From: Catajapyx aquilonaris
Taxonomy: Eukaryota
Direction: 5' to 3'
Assembly (NCBI GenBank): GCA_000934665.2
Contig: KZ538211.1
Location: 62,001-126,000 of the forward strand
Length of the DNA stretch: 64,000 nucleotides
The translations under genes were made by a program, and so were the position numbers. The notes below the pieces were generated by a model. That model saw only the letters and a list, made by a program, of their open reading frames with translations, searched no databases and was not told the DNA's origin. The number at the start of each line of letters is the position of its first letter. Positions within the stretch are counted from its first letter, which is position 1. This document shows, piece after piece, positions 62,801 to 64,000 of this stretch.

Positions 62801-64000
62801 GGTTATAAAAATCGATCGTAATTATAATCGCGAATAATACACCATCGCATTCGCAGACATCATGCCGATTGCGATTATTATTGATTAGTGTCACGATGCA
62901 TCAGAGAGGCACTGAATACGTCATTTTGCAGAAGTTCTCAAAAAATCGGATGCCCAAACCCCCTATTGTTGAAGTACAATACAACCAGACAGCCCAGCTC
63001 CCCTACCGTTGGGCCCATGGGCTCAGTGCGCCTTTAGCAGGTATACCCAAGTGTCAACAGGAACGAGAGGGGGAGGGGATACGCGTCGAATTCCAAATCC
63101 GTGCCTCTCAATGAATAGGTCTGGCTTTAATTCAAACCCAGATCCTTTTCATTCAGGGCCCATCCACACTCTTGGGGAAATAACCCGCACTGCATGTTAA
63201 TTCCCAGCCATTGGGCCTGCAACACGTGTCTCCTCTCCCTCGCCCGCATCCGCAGGAAGGACAACTACTCTTCTTCCAGTTCTAATTGCTTTCGGTGGGG
63301 GATTCAATATCGGGTCGACCAATGTCCCTCTTATTCATTATATCAAGTGGGGAGGCCAAGGTAGCAGCAGCAGCGTGCCTTCCTTCAAACCTGATCGTAG
63401 CATTTGAAGCTGACAAGTGGAACTGTCATCCGGCGGACAGGAATGTGAAAGAGAGAGCGATAGGTGGCCCAGCCACCCACCCCACCACCTCCTCCTCATT
63501 AACTAATGGACTTCGATTGGCTATAAAGCGTCGGGGAGGTGCGGGTCCAATTTGGTTGACAACTGGCATGACCGTGACGGACCCCACGATTGAAGGGGGG
63601 AGAAAGAAGATAGGGGGGTTGCTCACGTCCTAATGGAAACGGACTAATCAGTCTGTATGGAGCACCCTCCCATCCCCTAAGCAGCATCCAGCACACGCCC
63701 TCCAGGCACGACCCAATCAATTTGTCTCAAAGAACATGCAAGTCAAACTCCTGTATCAATTAGGGGTTCATCTCGGTATGTCCACTTGGTTTGACAAGAT
63801 ATATGGCGCTCATTAACTATCATCCGCATTGGCACAATGCCCATCACGCCCGACTTACACCGACTGCATATTGTACAGTACCCGACCATTACTCAGACTC
63901 TTTTTATATGTAGAAAATCCCGCAGCTCGCTGCACGTGGATTCGACATGTCCGTATGTACCCCATAGTGTATGTGTGTGTTCAGACCGTGTGTGTGAGAG

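Noticed and set aside
4486..63720. Numerous 60-180 aa ORFs in the downstream tract
   Set aside because: None shows a domain, transposase or RT motif, or coding-like bias that I recognise, and many use non-ATG starts. Small spliced exons cannot be excluded without RNA-seq.

Overview
Eukaryotic, most likely arthropod, draft-assembly DNA with two N gaps (30000-30219, 58687-58715). The only credible protein-coding sequence is an intronless 1239-aa multiple-cysteine-cluster Toll receptor at 437-4156 (+), whose TIR domain looks like Tollo/Toll-8 of the long-Toll clade. It has a probable 5'UTR splice acceptor at 353. Two short uORFs are chained to each other and to the CDS by overlapping stop/start codons (TGATG, then ATGA). 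Its 3'UTR carries two Pumilio elements, a K-box seed, an ARE nonamer and AATAAA. The remaining ~59 kb is a gene-free tract holding several MITE/foldback elements, a perfect 64-bp spacerless palindrome, a 39-bp LINE-tail insertion with a 15-bp target-site duplication, simple repeats and candidate enhancer motif clusters (Caudal/Hox, octamer, Zelda, Opa-like). I found no CRISPR array, rRNA, intact tRNA or autonomous transposon. I cannot show a new biological system here; the best leads are the coupled uORF chain and the post-transcriptional control elements of the Toll gene. Motif counts were made by eye and no database searches were run.
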